From Macrostomum hystrix (taxonomy: Eukaryota; Animalia; Platyhelminthes), in NCBI GenBank assembly GCA_950097015.1, contig CATNEN010000034.1, positions 6,944,001 through 7,008,000 on the forward strand: a DNA stretch of 64,000 nucleotides, written 5' to 3'. The notes below the pieces were generated by a model. The model ran no database searches and was not told where the DNA came from. It was given only the letters and a program-made list of their open reading frames with translations. Position numbers and translations under genes: made by a program. This document shows, one piece after another, positions 10,546-21,252 of the stretch (position 1 is the first letter of the stretch; every line of letters begins with the position of its first letter).

Positions 10546-13437
10546 CAGAACAACCCCTACAAGAACTGCATGCCAACTGTGTGGCCAGGGAACAATTCGA
10601 AGAAAAGGTGAGAGTCCTTAAAAACCTGAGGCGCAGATACAATAGGCTTTTGGCTGCTCATAAGAGATCTAAGAAAAGTGCTAAGGCCATTGAAATCCTG
10701 CGTCGGACGGTACAGAGCAAGTACAGAAAAATTCGATCTCTGCGCTCAAAGCACAGGCAAATTAAACAGAGAGCCAAAACATTGAAGGACGCAATTCTGG
10801 ATCTAAAGGCCAAGTGCATTTTAAACGAAGCTGCAGCATCTCGATTGAATTTCTTGACCTCCGATTCACTGCTGAGCAGCATCGTGCCTTGCAATAGAAA
10901 AAGGACAAAGAGGTTCTCTGACGAAGTGCGCAAATTCGCCTCTGCATTGAATTTCTATAGTCCAAAGGCTTATGAGTATGTACGAAAGTACTTTCAGCTT
11001 CCGCATCCTGCGTCACTTAGAAAATGGCTCTCAAATGCAAAGTGCTTTCCAGGGTTTTGCGATCAGGCTTTCCAGGAACTTTCGCGGCGACGCAGCTCCA
11101 CTGACGGCCAAGCCTTTGACTACTGCAACGTTGTTGCTGATGAAATGTCGCTGGAGTCGATGATTGAATGGAATTCAAGCGAAGGTATGTTTTTGGCTAC
11201 GTTGACAAAGGTGAAGGCAAACCAAGTGATCAGGAGGCATCTTCGGCACTGGTAGTGATGGCAGTGGGGCTTAAGAGCTATTGGAAGCTGCCTTTAGGGT
11301 ATTTTCTAGTGAATGGAGTTGACGGCGAATTTCTTTCGAGCGTTGCAGAGGAATCCATTCAGCGACTGTACCAGGTTGGCGTCATAGCAACATCATTCAC
11401 ATGCGATGGAACTCTGCACAACATTCGAGCGATCGAACTCCTTGGCTCCAGGATAAGTTCTCCGAACGAGGTCGTCGCCTGCTTCCCGCACCCCTGCGAT
11501 CCTAGCATTTAGGTTGCAGCCTTCCTGGATGTGCCTCACATGTTAAAGCTGATTCGCAATCAGTGGCAGTCACTGGGAAGATTTGTTTGGCCGAACAGAG
11601 GAAATATTGAATGGAAATATGTTTCCATGTTGCAGCAAGTACAAGAAAGTCATGGACTCCGACTTGGAAACAAGTTAAGCAGGCATCAACTTTGCTAATT
11701 TAAAGATGAAGGTCTATTTGGCATCACAACTGTTTAGCAAGTCAGTGGCCGACTCTTTGCGATGGGTGCATCAGCAAGGTGTGATCGGATTTGAGCACTC
11801 TGATGTGCTAGTCACCGCAGATTTCGTTGAGCACATGAATGATTTGTTCGACGCTTTCAATTCCAAGCGGCTGGTCAGTTATGGCGCCAAAATGGCTCTT
11901 AGAGCTGACAATCAGTCGGATTGGATCGGTTTCTTCTCTAGCTCGATCGAACTTCTCTGTAGCCGGCTGCTACTCCGGCTGGCTGCAAGATAGTAGAAAC
12001 CGCAAAGAAGACTTCCTAGGCTTCATCACCAACTGCCATGGCATTATGGAGCTCGCTTACTTACTTTGCAGGGGGGCCTGGGGCACTTGACGCACAAACA
12101 CAGGAACGGCATGCCCCCAGGCCGGCGAACTAGGCGAGAGCCGCCCATCGCGCCGCCTCCCCTGAGCAGGCACCTCACACACACAGCAGCAAGCCAAGCG
12201 GGGAAGGGGGCGGCAGCCGGAGTGCCTCTCACCCCAGGCCCGCACACGCACAGAGCAGACCAAGCCGGGGCGGAAGGCTGATAGAAATCAGTCCTCAGGG
12301 GGGGGGGCGGGTGACGAGTGTACACTTTATCCAATCGCGCTGACGGAAATCCAGATGAGCGCGCGGCGGTGTACACCCGCCCCCCAGCCACCCCCCCGCA
12401 AGGTCTAACGCCCCAGCGCCAACGCACAAGCTCAAACAACGCAGAACAGGCACACAGAAGGTAGGAGCGAAGCTATTTTTCAAGCTTTGATTGCACGAAA
12501 TAAGGTGCACCTCCGCCGGTCGCTACTGTCCAAACCCCCCCAACAAGTCCCGAAATTAATCGTGACCTGAAGGGTGAATCGAACTAGCGTCCTTTGGAGT
12601 GCGAGGCAGCGACGTTAGCCCGTGACCCCCCTCGCCCCTTTATGGAGCTCGCTAAGTATTTATTTTCAACTGGCGAAGTCTTCTTTCTTTGCACTTACAA
12701 GCTTTCGCAGGATTTTCTCGAACTGTTTTTTAATGCAGTAAGGCTACGAAATGGCTGGAACCATAACCCAACGCCCACGAAATTTCGCTCAGCATTCAGG
12801 CAGCTGTTGGTGCATGCCGGAGGTGGAATTCTACAGTCCGTGAGTCCGAATGTGAGGCAGCAGGATGCCACTATTCAGTTATCATTGTCTTGTCTGCCAT
12901 CATCATCAGGGACAGCAGCCATGGAAGCAGATGAAAGCTCAAAATGAAATGGGACTGAGTCTGGGTTCAATCCAACACTGCAAGAATGCATCGGTGTGTG
13001 AAATTTGCCAGTCCATCGTGTGCTATATCGCAGGCGCGGTCTTCCGAAGAATGATGAAAGCAGTTGAATGTGCTCCGTGCAGGTCAGCTCTGATCGCAAG
13101 CTCTGAGACGCCAGGAGCTTCACGCGGACCATGCTCACTCGTTGCCATAAAAAATGTTTTGAACAAGAAAGGAACTGGCGGCCTGATTTTTCCTAGCAGC
13201 AATGTCCTGTGGGTGCTGCTCAATGCAGAGACTGTTGTTCGGCGTGCCAGCTACTGCAGCAGCGGATTCTCTAGTGCTGTAGCTGTTGAGGAGATTCTGC
13301 GCATGTCAATCGATCTGTTCCCTGAACTGGACTCTCATTCGGCATCCGCGAGTATCAGCATTGAGTCTCACAAGCTGCATTTGATTCGAGTAATGGCTAT
13401 GCTTTATAAAAAATATTCGAATGAAGAAGCTGGCTAA
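10546..13437 (+). mobile_element. Decayed P-element/THAP9-like DDE transposase (several frameshifts, stop at about 11510, SINE insertion; no THAP domain or TIRs found)
   Basis: Motifs across ORFs 10581-11255, 11168-11512, 11706-11993, 11839-12090, 12594-12947 and 12865-13437: FYSPKAYEYVR..LPHPASLRKW, VADEMSL, WKLPLGYF, FTCDG, LDVPHMLKLIRN, KMKVYLASQLFSKSVA, MNDLFDAFNS, TYKLSQDFLELFFNAVR..GWNHNPT, YIAG..CAPC, GGLIFPS. Confidence 0.9.
12058..12639 (-). mobile_element. tRNA-derived SINE-like insertion (about 582 bp) inside the transposase, with a 14-bp TSD
   Basis: TTATGGAGCTCGCT is duplicated at 12044-12057 and 12640-12653. Minus-strand B-box GTTCGATTC lies about 55 nt from the 5' end, and there is an (AAGT)n-like tail. 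Removal restores CHGIMELA|KYLFSTGEV. Confidence 0.8.
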
Positions 13438-13707
13438 GGATCTTCCAAAAATTCTAGATAAATTGAAAATGAATCTGTAGTTGTTAATTTGCTAATCTTA
13501 TTTCTTACTGAGTCTGAATTTTCACTAGTTACGAATATAAAGAAAAAAGAGACCCCGACAAGCTGAGTTGGCTGAGGGTAACAAGAAAGGCCCGGCCACA
13601 ATTATCGATCGTGGGGGAGTGGGCACTGGGGTGCCACTTTTCCTACTAGGAAAAAGGCACAACTTTTTTACCCTCATGCGCAGTCTAGTTATATTTCTTG
13701 GTCTGTG

Positions 13708-14316
13708 GTATAGATATGGAGTGCAGAGCACTGGCTAATATCAGGTGCATTACCTGCACTGTCCTGTGGAGGGACGGCCGTACCTTATTGCTCCTTCTAT
13801 ACCTTATTGGATTTTCGTTTTGTGTTCGAATGAGATCAAACAATCCTCCACTAGCTGGTGGAAGTATTGGAGGCTCGAGGTGAGTTATCAGCAGTCAGAC
13901 AAGGAGCAGGAAATCAGAGTGAGTCATAGACTGAGTCACACAGTCAGAAAGTGAGTAACAGAGTCATAGAGTGAGTCACACAGTCAGAAAGTGAGTCATG
14001 AGAGTGAGTCACACAGTCAGAAAGTGAGTCATAGAGTGAGTCACGCAGTCAAAAAGTGAGTAACAGAGTCATTAAGTGAGTCACACAGTCAGAAAGTGAG
14101 TCATGAGAGTGAGTCACGCAGTCAGAAAGTAGGTAACAGAGTCATTAAGTGAGTCACACAGTCAGAAAGTGAGTCATAGAGTGAGTCACGCAGTCAAAAA
14201 GTGAGTAACAGAGTCATAGAGTGAGTCACGCAGTCAGAAAGTGAGTAACAGAGTCATTAAGTGAGTCACACAGTCAGAAAGTGAGTCATGAGAGTGAGTC
14301 ACGCAGTCAGAAACTA
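13708..14316. repeat. Duplicated block B, copy 1 (about 200-bp complex leader plus GAGTGAGTCAC/CAGTCAGAAAGT satellite)
   Basis: Nearly identical to 15354 onward; the same 69-aa ORF occurs at 13745 and 15391. Confidence 0.92.
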
Positions 14317-14765
14317 GGCACCCCTCAGTCTCTCCCGACACCCTCCACTGTTTCTCCTGACATCCTCCTCAGTCTCTAGTGGTACCCTCCTCAGTCTCTC
14401 CTGTCACCCTCCCTCTCCTCTTTCTCTCCTGACACCCTCCGTCTCCTGACACCCTCCCTCTCCTGACACCCTCCCTCTCCTGACACCCTCCCTCTCCTGA
14501 CACCCTCCCTCTCCTGACACCCTCCCTCTCCTGACACTCTCCCTCTCCTGACCCTCTGTCTCCTTACACCCTCTGTCTCGTGACGCCCTCTGTCTCCTGA
14601 CACCCTCTCTCTCCTGACACCCTCTCTCTCCTGACACCCTCCCTCTCCTCAGTCTCTCCTGTCACCCTCCCTCTCCTGACACCCTCTCTCTCCTGACACC
14701 CTCTCTCTCCTGACACCCTCTCTCTCCTGACACCCTCTGTCTCCTGACACCCTCTGTCTCCCCTG
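14317..14765. repeat. CT-rich block A, copy 2
   Basis: Same leader and units as 9977-10545. Confidence 0.9.
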
Positions 14766-15353
14766 CCATATATTAACTTTCTACACTAGATACTCAAATT
14801 TTGCATAAAAAACCCGCTTCGCAAACAGAAATAGGAAAGATATCAATTGCGTCTGAAAGTGTTTGCCTACAAGACTGTCACAATCCGATCATAGAAAAAT
14901 GATAAAGTACGCATGCTATATTTGCGCAAACGAAGAAACGGAAAAATGGTCTATTCAATTCTAGAAAAAGCTCACAATGGAAAGAAGAAAATGCGAAATT
15001 GCTGAATTTCGAGAAGCGCCCGCTCTTTCTAAGGCCAGCAAAATTTCGAGTGCCCTCTTTTTGCCAAAGAATTTGCTAAGTAGGGACGCATTCAAAGAAA
15101 AAAGTTTCTCAACGCCAGAAGATGTTGAAATGAGGCACGCCAAGACAAGAGATGCATCCGTATCAGTTTCAGTCATTTATGGACCTGTTTGCTGCCTCAC
15201 ATCCACTCATACATTAGCCAAAAGCTTATCTCTCAATGATTGCTACTAATGATTCCATTCCAAACTAACTGGTTGCATCAAGCAGATCAGTTCCTGATTA
15301 GGCTGCTGGTAGTTCGAAATTTACATTGCTCAACAATTTGCCCAATTAAGTAT

Positions 15354-16330
15354 GTATAGATAAGGAGTGCAGAGCACTGGCTAATATCAGGTGCATTACC
15401 TGCACTGTCCTGTGGAGGGACGGCCGTACCTTATTGCTCCTTCTATACCTTATTGGATTTTCGTTTTGTGTTCGAATGAGATCAAACAATCCTCCACTAG
15501 CTGGTGGAAGTATTGGAGGCTCGAAGTGAGTTATCAGCAGTCAGACAAGGAGCAGGAAATCAGAGTGAGTCATAGACTGAGTCACACAGTCAGAAAGTGA
15601 GTAACAGAGTCATAGAGTGAGTCACACAGTCAGAAAGTGAGTAACAGAGTCATAGAGTGAGTCACACAGTCAGAAAGTGAGTCATGAGAGTGAGTCACGC
15701 AGTCAGAAAGTAGGTAACAGAGTCATAGAGTGAGTCACGCAGTCAGAAAGTGAGTAACAGAGTCATAGAGTGAGTCACACAGTCAGAAAGTGAGTAACAG
15801 AGTCATAGAGTGAGTCACTCAGTTAGAAAGTAGGTATCAGAGTCATAGAGTGAGTCACGCAGTCAGAAAGTGAGTCATGAGAGTGAGTCACGCAGTCAGA
15901 AAGTGAGTCATGAGAGTGAGTCACGCAGTCAGAAAGTGAGTCATGAGAGTGAGTCACGCAGTCAGAAACTAGGTAACAGAGTCATAGAGTGAGTCACGCA
16001 GTCATAAAGTGAGTAACAGAGTCATAGAGTGAGTCACACAGTCAGAAAGTGAGTAACAGAGTCATAGAGTGAGTCACGCAGTCAGAAAGTGAGTCATGTA
16101 AGTGAGTCACGCAGTCAGAAGCTAGGTAACAGAGTTATAGAGTGAGTCACGCAGTCAGAAAGTGAGTCATGAGAGTGAGTCACGCAGTCAGAAGGTAGGT
16201 AACAGAGTCATAGAGTGAGTCACTCAGTTAGAAAGTAGGTAACAGAGTCATAGAGTGAGTCACGCAGTCAGAAAGTAGGTAACAGAGTCATAGAGTGAGT
16301 CACGCAGTCAGAAAGTGAGTCATAGAGTTA
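15354..16330. repeat. Duplicated block B, copy 2, with an expanded TGAGTCA-rich satellite
   Basis: Leader nearly identical to 13708; about 28 TGAGTCA heptamers counted by eye. Confidence 0.92.
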
Positions 16331-16566
16331 GGGAGTGAGTCGGATAAAATGAATCGGGTATTGATCTGTGAGTTCGGTAATGACCAGTGAGGGTCAGTGA
16401 ATGAGCAGTGAGTCAGTGAATGAGCAGTGACTCAGGCAAGGACCCAATCTGTCCGATTGAATCGCTCAAGGTATTCAGTTAGTCTGCTTAAGTCCGTATT
16501 GGTGACTCCACCCGGTCTTCGATCTAATAGTCGGGCCTCTGCAATGTCCCAATGCTGCACGCACGC

Positions 16567-16713
16567 GGCCAATCAGAACAGTCACCGGGAGCAGTGGGGT
16601 AACAGTTCTCCTACTGGGGACCAGGCAAGGAAGAGGGCCGCGCGGAGATGAGAAGAAATGGGAGCGCGTCTTGTTTCCAAGCTAGCATTTAACCAAACAT
16701 TGCATTATAAAAA
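16567..16713 (+). promoter_or_regulatory. Core promoter of the WSSGFamide prohormone gene: CCAAT box (16567-16576) and TATA box (16706-16713)
   Basis: GGCCAATCAG and TATAAAAA, the latter about 85 nt upstream of ATG 16795. Confidence 0.6.
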
Positions 16714-16794
16714 GGATAAGCCAGCAGGCCGCGCACCTTCACGTTGGATCACTTAAGCAGGACGGGCATTCAAAGCGACCCTTTGACAAAGAAA

Positions 16795-18105
16795 ATGACA
16801 AAGCTGCTGCTGCTGTTGCTGCTGGCTGCCATGCTGGCTGCTGCTGTGCTTATCCGCACCGCCAGTGCCAGAGGTGAGTTCGTTTGGCAGCCTTGCCTCA
16901 GAGGCTCAGCGCGAAAAATAGCGCCAATTTAAATTTTAAGCGACGAACGAAAATTTTTTTCCAATTTAGAACTTCTGGAAGATGACAGGCTGGACCATGA
17001 AGTCACTGATGCCGCTGTGTGGCGAGGTGGGGACAAACGCGCGGGAGGCTGGAGCAGCGGATTCGGCAAACGTGCTGGAGCCTGGAGCAGCGGATTCGGA
17101 AAACGTGCTGGAGCCTGGAGCAGCGGATTCGGCAAACGTGCTGGAGCCTGGAGCAGCGGATTCGGCAAACGCCCTGCTTGGAGCAGCGGATTCGGCAAAC
17201 GTGCTGGAGCCTGGAGCAGCGGATTCGGCAAACGTGCTGGAGCCTGGAGCAGCGGATTCGGAAAACGCCCTGCTTGGAGTAGCGGATTCGGCAAACGTGC
17301 TGGAGCCTGGAGCAGCGGATTCGGAAAACGTGCGGGAGACTGGAGCAGCGGATTCGGAAAACGTGCTGGAGCCTGGAGCAGCGGATTCGGAAAACGCCCT
17401 GCTTGGAGCAGCGGATTCGGAAAACGTGCTGGAGCCTGGAGCAGCGGATTCGGAAAACGTGCTGGAGCCTGGAGCAGCGGATTCGGAAAACGCCCTGCTT
17501 GGAGCAGCGGATTCGGAAAACGTGCTGGAGCCTGGAGCAGCGGATTCGGAAAACGTGCTGGAGCCTGGAGCAGCGGATTCGGAAAACGCCCTGCTTGGAG
17601 CAGCGGATTCGGAAAACGCCCTGCTTGGAGCAGCGGATTCGGAAAACGTGCTGGAGCCTGGAGCAGCGGATTCGGAAAACGTGCGGGAGCCTGGAGCAGC
17701 GGATTCGGAAAACGTGCTGGAGCCTGGAGCAGCGGATTCGGAAAACGTGCGGGAGCCTGGAGCAGCGGATTCGGAAAACGCCCTGCTTGGAGCAGCGGAT
17801 TCGGAAAACGTGCTGGAGCCTGGAGCAGCGGATTCGGAAAACGTGCTGGAGCCTGGAGCAGCGGATTCGGAAAACGTGCGGGAGCCTGGAGCAGCGGATT
17901 CGGAAAACGTGCTGGAGCCTGGAGCAGCGGATTCGGAAAACGCCCTGCTTGGAGCACCGGATTCGGAAAACGCCCTGCTTGGAGCAGCGGATTCGGAAAA
18001 CGTGCTGGAGCCTGGACCAGCGGATTCGGCAAGAGGCTTATCAAATACCAGCCCGAAAGCTCAGAGACAGAACTTGATGCCGAGATCGAGTCACCGCTGG
18101 ATTAA
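16795..18105 (+). CDS. Multi-copy prepro-neuropeptide, 404 aa. Exons 16795-16873 and 16970-18105; 31 amidated peptides (AGAWSSGFa, PAWSSGFa and variants)
   Basis: Signal peptide MTKLLLLLLLAAMLAAAVLIRTASA. The phase-1 GT-AG intron (gtgag...tttag) joins it in frame to ELLEDDRLDHEVTDAAVWRGGDKR, then 31 units each ending G-K-R, then an acidic tail. AATAAA at 18251. Confidence 0.95.
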
Positions 18106-18250
18106 CATGAATTTCCCAAACTGATTAGCTGCAGTACAAAGCACACCAACTTTAACCCTACAATAATTGCCTAAGCTTTAACAGCGCGCATAAGCAATTG
18201 TAATATCAAATATGCGGTCAGATCAGAGTCATGATCAATTGGCTAATTCT

Positions 18251-18256
18251 AATAAA
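18251..18256 (+). terminator. Polyadenylation signal of the prohormone gene
   Basis: AATAAA about 145 nt after the stop codon. Confidence 0.6.
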
Positions 18257-18689
18257 AGCTGCTTAGCGCATCGATGCCTAGAAGAGCATGAGGTCTCCGC
18301 TGGTGTCCTTTGTCTGCATTGAGCACTTTAACTGTATATCTGGGATGCCACCTGGGCCAAGTTTTCAGTTCCCACCGAAAAGAAATATCCTCATTATGAT
18401 GAGCCCAGTTGAGGCATTGTTGAATCCTTCCTGCAGCTGTCGATGCGTTCCCACGAGTCGAAGGATTCCGTGACGCATTTGCAGCCTGCCGCCCCCAGCA
18501 TTGTCTTCATAGATTAGTGAAAGAATGCAGGTGAAATTTATGGACCTGATTGCAAGCTTGCAATCTTGGAACTGCAGTCAGCTTTGCTTAGGGCCGAATT
18601 CCGTTCGAATTATCTTGATTTCACTTTCCCAGACCCAGTTCGCGACCGGCCCATTGCCCAGAGCATTGCCCAGAGGATTAATGGAATGT

Positions 18690-19076
18690 CCGTGATGGGA
18701 TCACAGTGGGATCAATGTGATATCCGTGATGGGATCACTGTAGGATCAATGTGATATCCGTGATGGGATCACTGTAGGATCAATGGGATATCCGGGATGG
18801 GATCACTGTAGGATCAATGGGATATCCGGGATGGGATCACTGTAGGATCAATGGGATATCCGGGATGGGATCACTGTAGGATCAATGGGACATCCTGGAT
18901 GGGATCACTGTAGGATCAATGGGATATCCGTGATGGGATCACTGTAGGATCAATGGGATATCCGGGATGGGATCACTGTAGGATCAATGGGATATCCGTG
19001 ATGGGATCACTGTAGGATCAATGTGATATCCGGGATGGGATCACTGTAGGATCAATGGGATATCCGTGATGGGATC
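18690..19076. repeat. 34-bp minisatellite (GGGATCACTGTAGGATCAATGGGATATCCGTGAT)
   Basis: Period of 34, about 11 copies. Confidence 0.93.
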
Positions 19077-20509
19077 TGTGTACAGGGAAGAATGGGATCC
19101 AAAGTATGGAAATTGCTGAGATGAGAAGCAGTTTGTCAGCTGTCAGACCATTGCTGACTGCTGTCAGGCTATAAAGAGCACAAAATCGATGGCTCTGCAA
19201 GTAACGAACTTAACTGAAATCCCTTTACGGATGAGATTTTTTTCTGCACGGTGGGAGGCGGTTGTGCGATTGCAGTACCATTCCCTGCTGTGCAATTCAG
19301 GGCAGTTTTACTGCTCTGCTTCCCCACCCAGGATCAGTGCCCGATGTCTTTATTCGCCAAAGACCAATTGAAATTTATGACCGGCTGGTCTGGGCCAGGA
19401 GGGGAAGATTCTGCCAGTTTCGTAGCGGGGAGTTTAAGCTGCCTCATAGTGGGCTTGCTAACAGTAGAAATTGATGAACAGCTGAATGCATCAACTGCAG
19501 TTGCTTGCAAACTATTTTTACACGCGTACACGCGCACTTCGCTATCGAACCGAACGCCACCTCATTGAATTTATTTCCGCCAACAAAGCTGAAGAAGTTA
19601 ATCAGCTTCTAATGCCCTAATCATCTGCTAGGTCTGAGCAGCGGATGTCAGTCCTTTTGATAAATAGTTGCGATATACTTTTTAAAGAGAGACATGACTG
19701 AACAAGAGGAATATCGATCGATGCATTCCGACTGAGTCCGAACAGGTGCTCGAGAGATCTGATCGATTGCACAATGGGACACGGCCTGAGAATAAGTTAC
19801 GACCGGAATATTTTTTGAGGAAAAACTTTTTTTTAAACCCAAATGTAGAGAACTTAAAATATTCCGATAATACTACTTACATTTCCAGCAGTAGAAACAA
19901 TCGAGTTTTTCACATTTTTCATATCCAATAACAGGTCTCAGATTTAAAAAACTATAAAATACAAGGGAAGCAGGGAAATGGAAAGCAACTGGAAACAAAC
20001 AGTCAGTTAGGAGCAACAAGAAAAAGCAAGCAATAAAAGAGAGACTGTATTCTGAGAACCAGATAAAACAAATACTAAGAATGATTGCCGCTCTGTAGCT
20101 GCGGGGGATAATACTGAATAGCGTCTAGATTAAAGCAAATTAAAGCTTCGAAACTGTTTTTTAAACTCGCGCTTTCAAATGCAGACAAAAGTCCATCTAT
20201 CTTGTGCAGAGACTGCGCGCGTGTCGCACTCAGTGGATCAATAATACTAGCTAGAACTTGCATTCGGAAAGCATATAAGTAAAACTGAAGGATAAATAAT
20301 TATAGAATTGTAGCAACTTTGACTGCATATTCGTTGTTTGAAAATATCATAGCCAAAAAGCACTGAGACGAATGGAGCTAGTTACTAGTGAAAGAGATTC
20401 AGATTCTTTTAAGAGACGAATGACTAGAACATTGCGAACAGCTCATCATTTCCTGGAGTATATATACAGCTTGTAGGCGCGATGAGTGGCAGTGGCTGGA
20501 AAACAGATG

Positions 20510-21190
20510 GGAGATGAGAGAGATTTGAGAGATGGGAGAGAGCGGAGAGAGAGATGCGAGAGAGTGGAAGAGAGCGGAAGAGAGTGAAAGAGAGCGAAGT
20601 TAGATGGGAGAGAGCGGAAGAGAGAGATGGGAGAGAGCGGAAGAGAGAGATGGGAGAGAGCGGAAGAGAGAGAGATGGGAGAGAGCGGAAGAGAGAGATG
20701 GGAGAGAGCGGAAGAGAGAGATGGGAGAGAGCGGAAGAGAGAGATGGGAGAGAGCGGAAGAGAGAGATGGGAGAGAGCGGAAGAGAGAGATGGGAGAGAG
20801 CGGAAGAAAGAGATGCGAGAGAGTGGAAGAGAGTGAAAGAGAGCGAAGTTAGATGGGAGAGAGCGGAAGAGAGAGATGGGAGAGAGCGGAAGAGAGAGAT
20901 GGGAGAGAGCGGAAGAGAGATGGGAGAGAGCGGAAGAGAGAGATGGGAGAGAGCGGAAGAGAGAGATGGGAGAGAGCGGAAGAGAGAGATGCGAGAGAGT
21001 GGAAGAGAGTGAAAGAGAGCGAAGTTAGATGGGAGAGAGCGGAAGAGAGAGATGGGAGAGAGCGGAAGAGAGAGATGGGAGAGAGCGGAAGAGAGAGATG
21101 GGAGAGAGCGGAAGAGAGAGATGGGAGAGAGCGGAAGAGAGAGATGGGAGAGAGCGGAAGAGAGAGATGGGAGAGAGCGGAGGAGAGAGC
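20510..21190. repeat. GA-rich 21/23-bp satellite (GGGAGAGAGCGGAAGAGAGAGAT) just downstream of the X11/Mint stop codon
   Basis: Directly visible; it explains the ERWERAE/MGESGRE ORFs. Confidence 0.95.
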
Positions 21191-21252
21191 GGAATTGTGT
21201 AGAAAGAGACTGCGTGAGAAGCGAAGCAGTGTCAGTGGCTGAGGCTGAATGC

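Noticed and set aside
16929-18124. Overlapping 371-, 380- and 224-aa ORFs in other frames or strand of the peptide array
   Set aside because: Shadows of a 30/33-nt repeat. Only the GKR frame splices to a signal-peptide exon and has processing sites.
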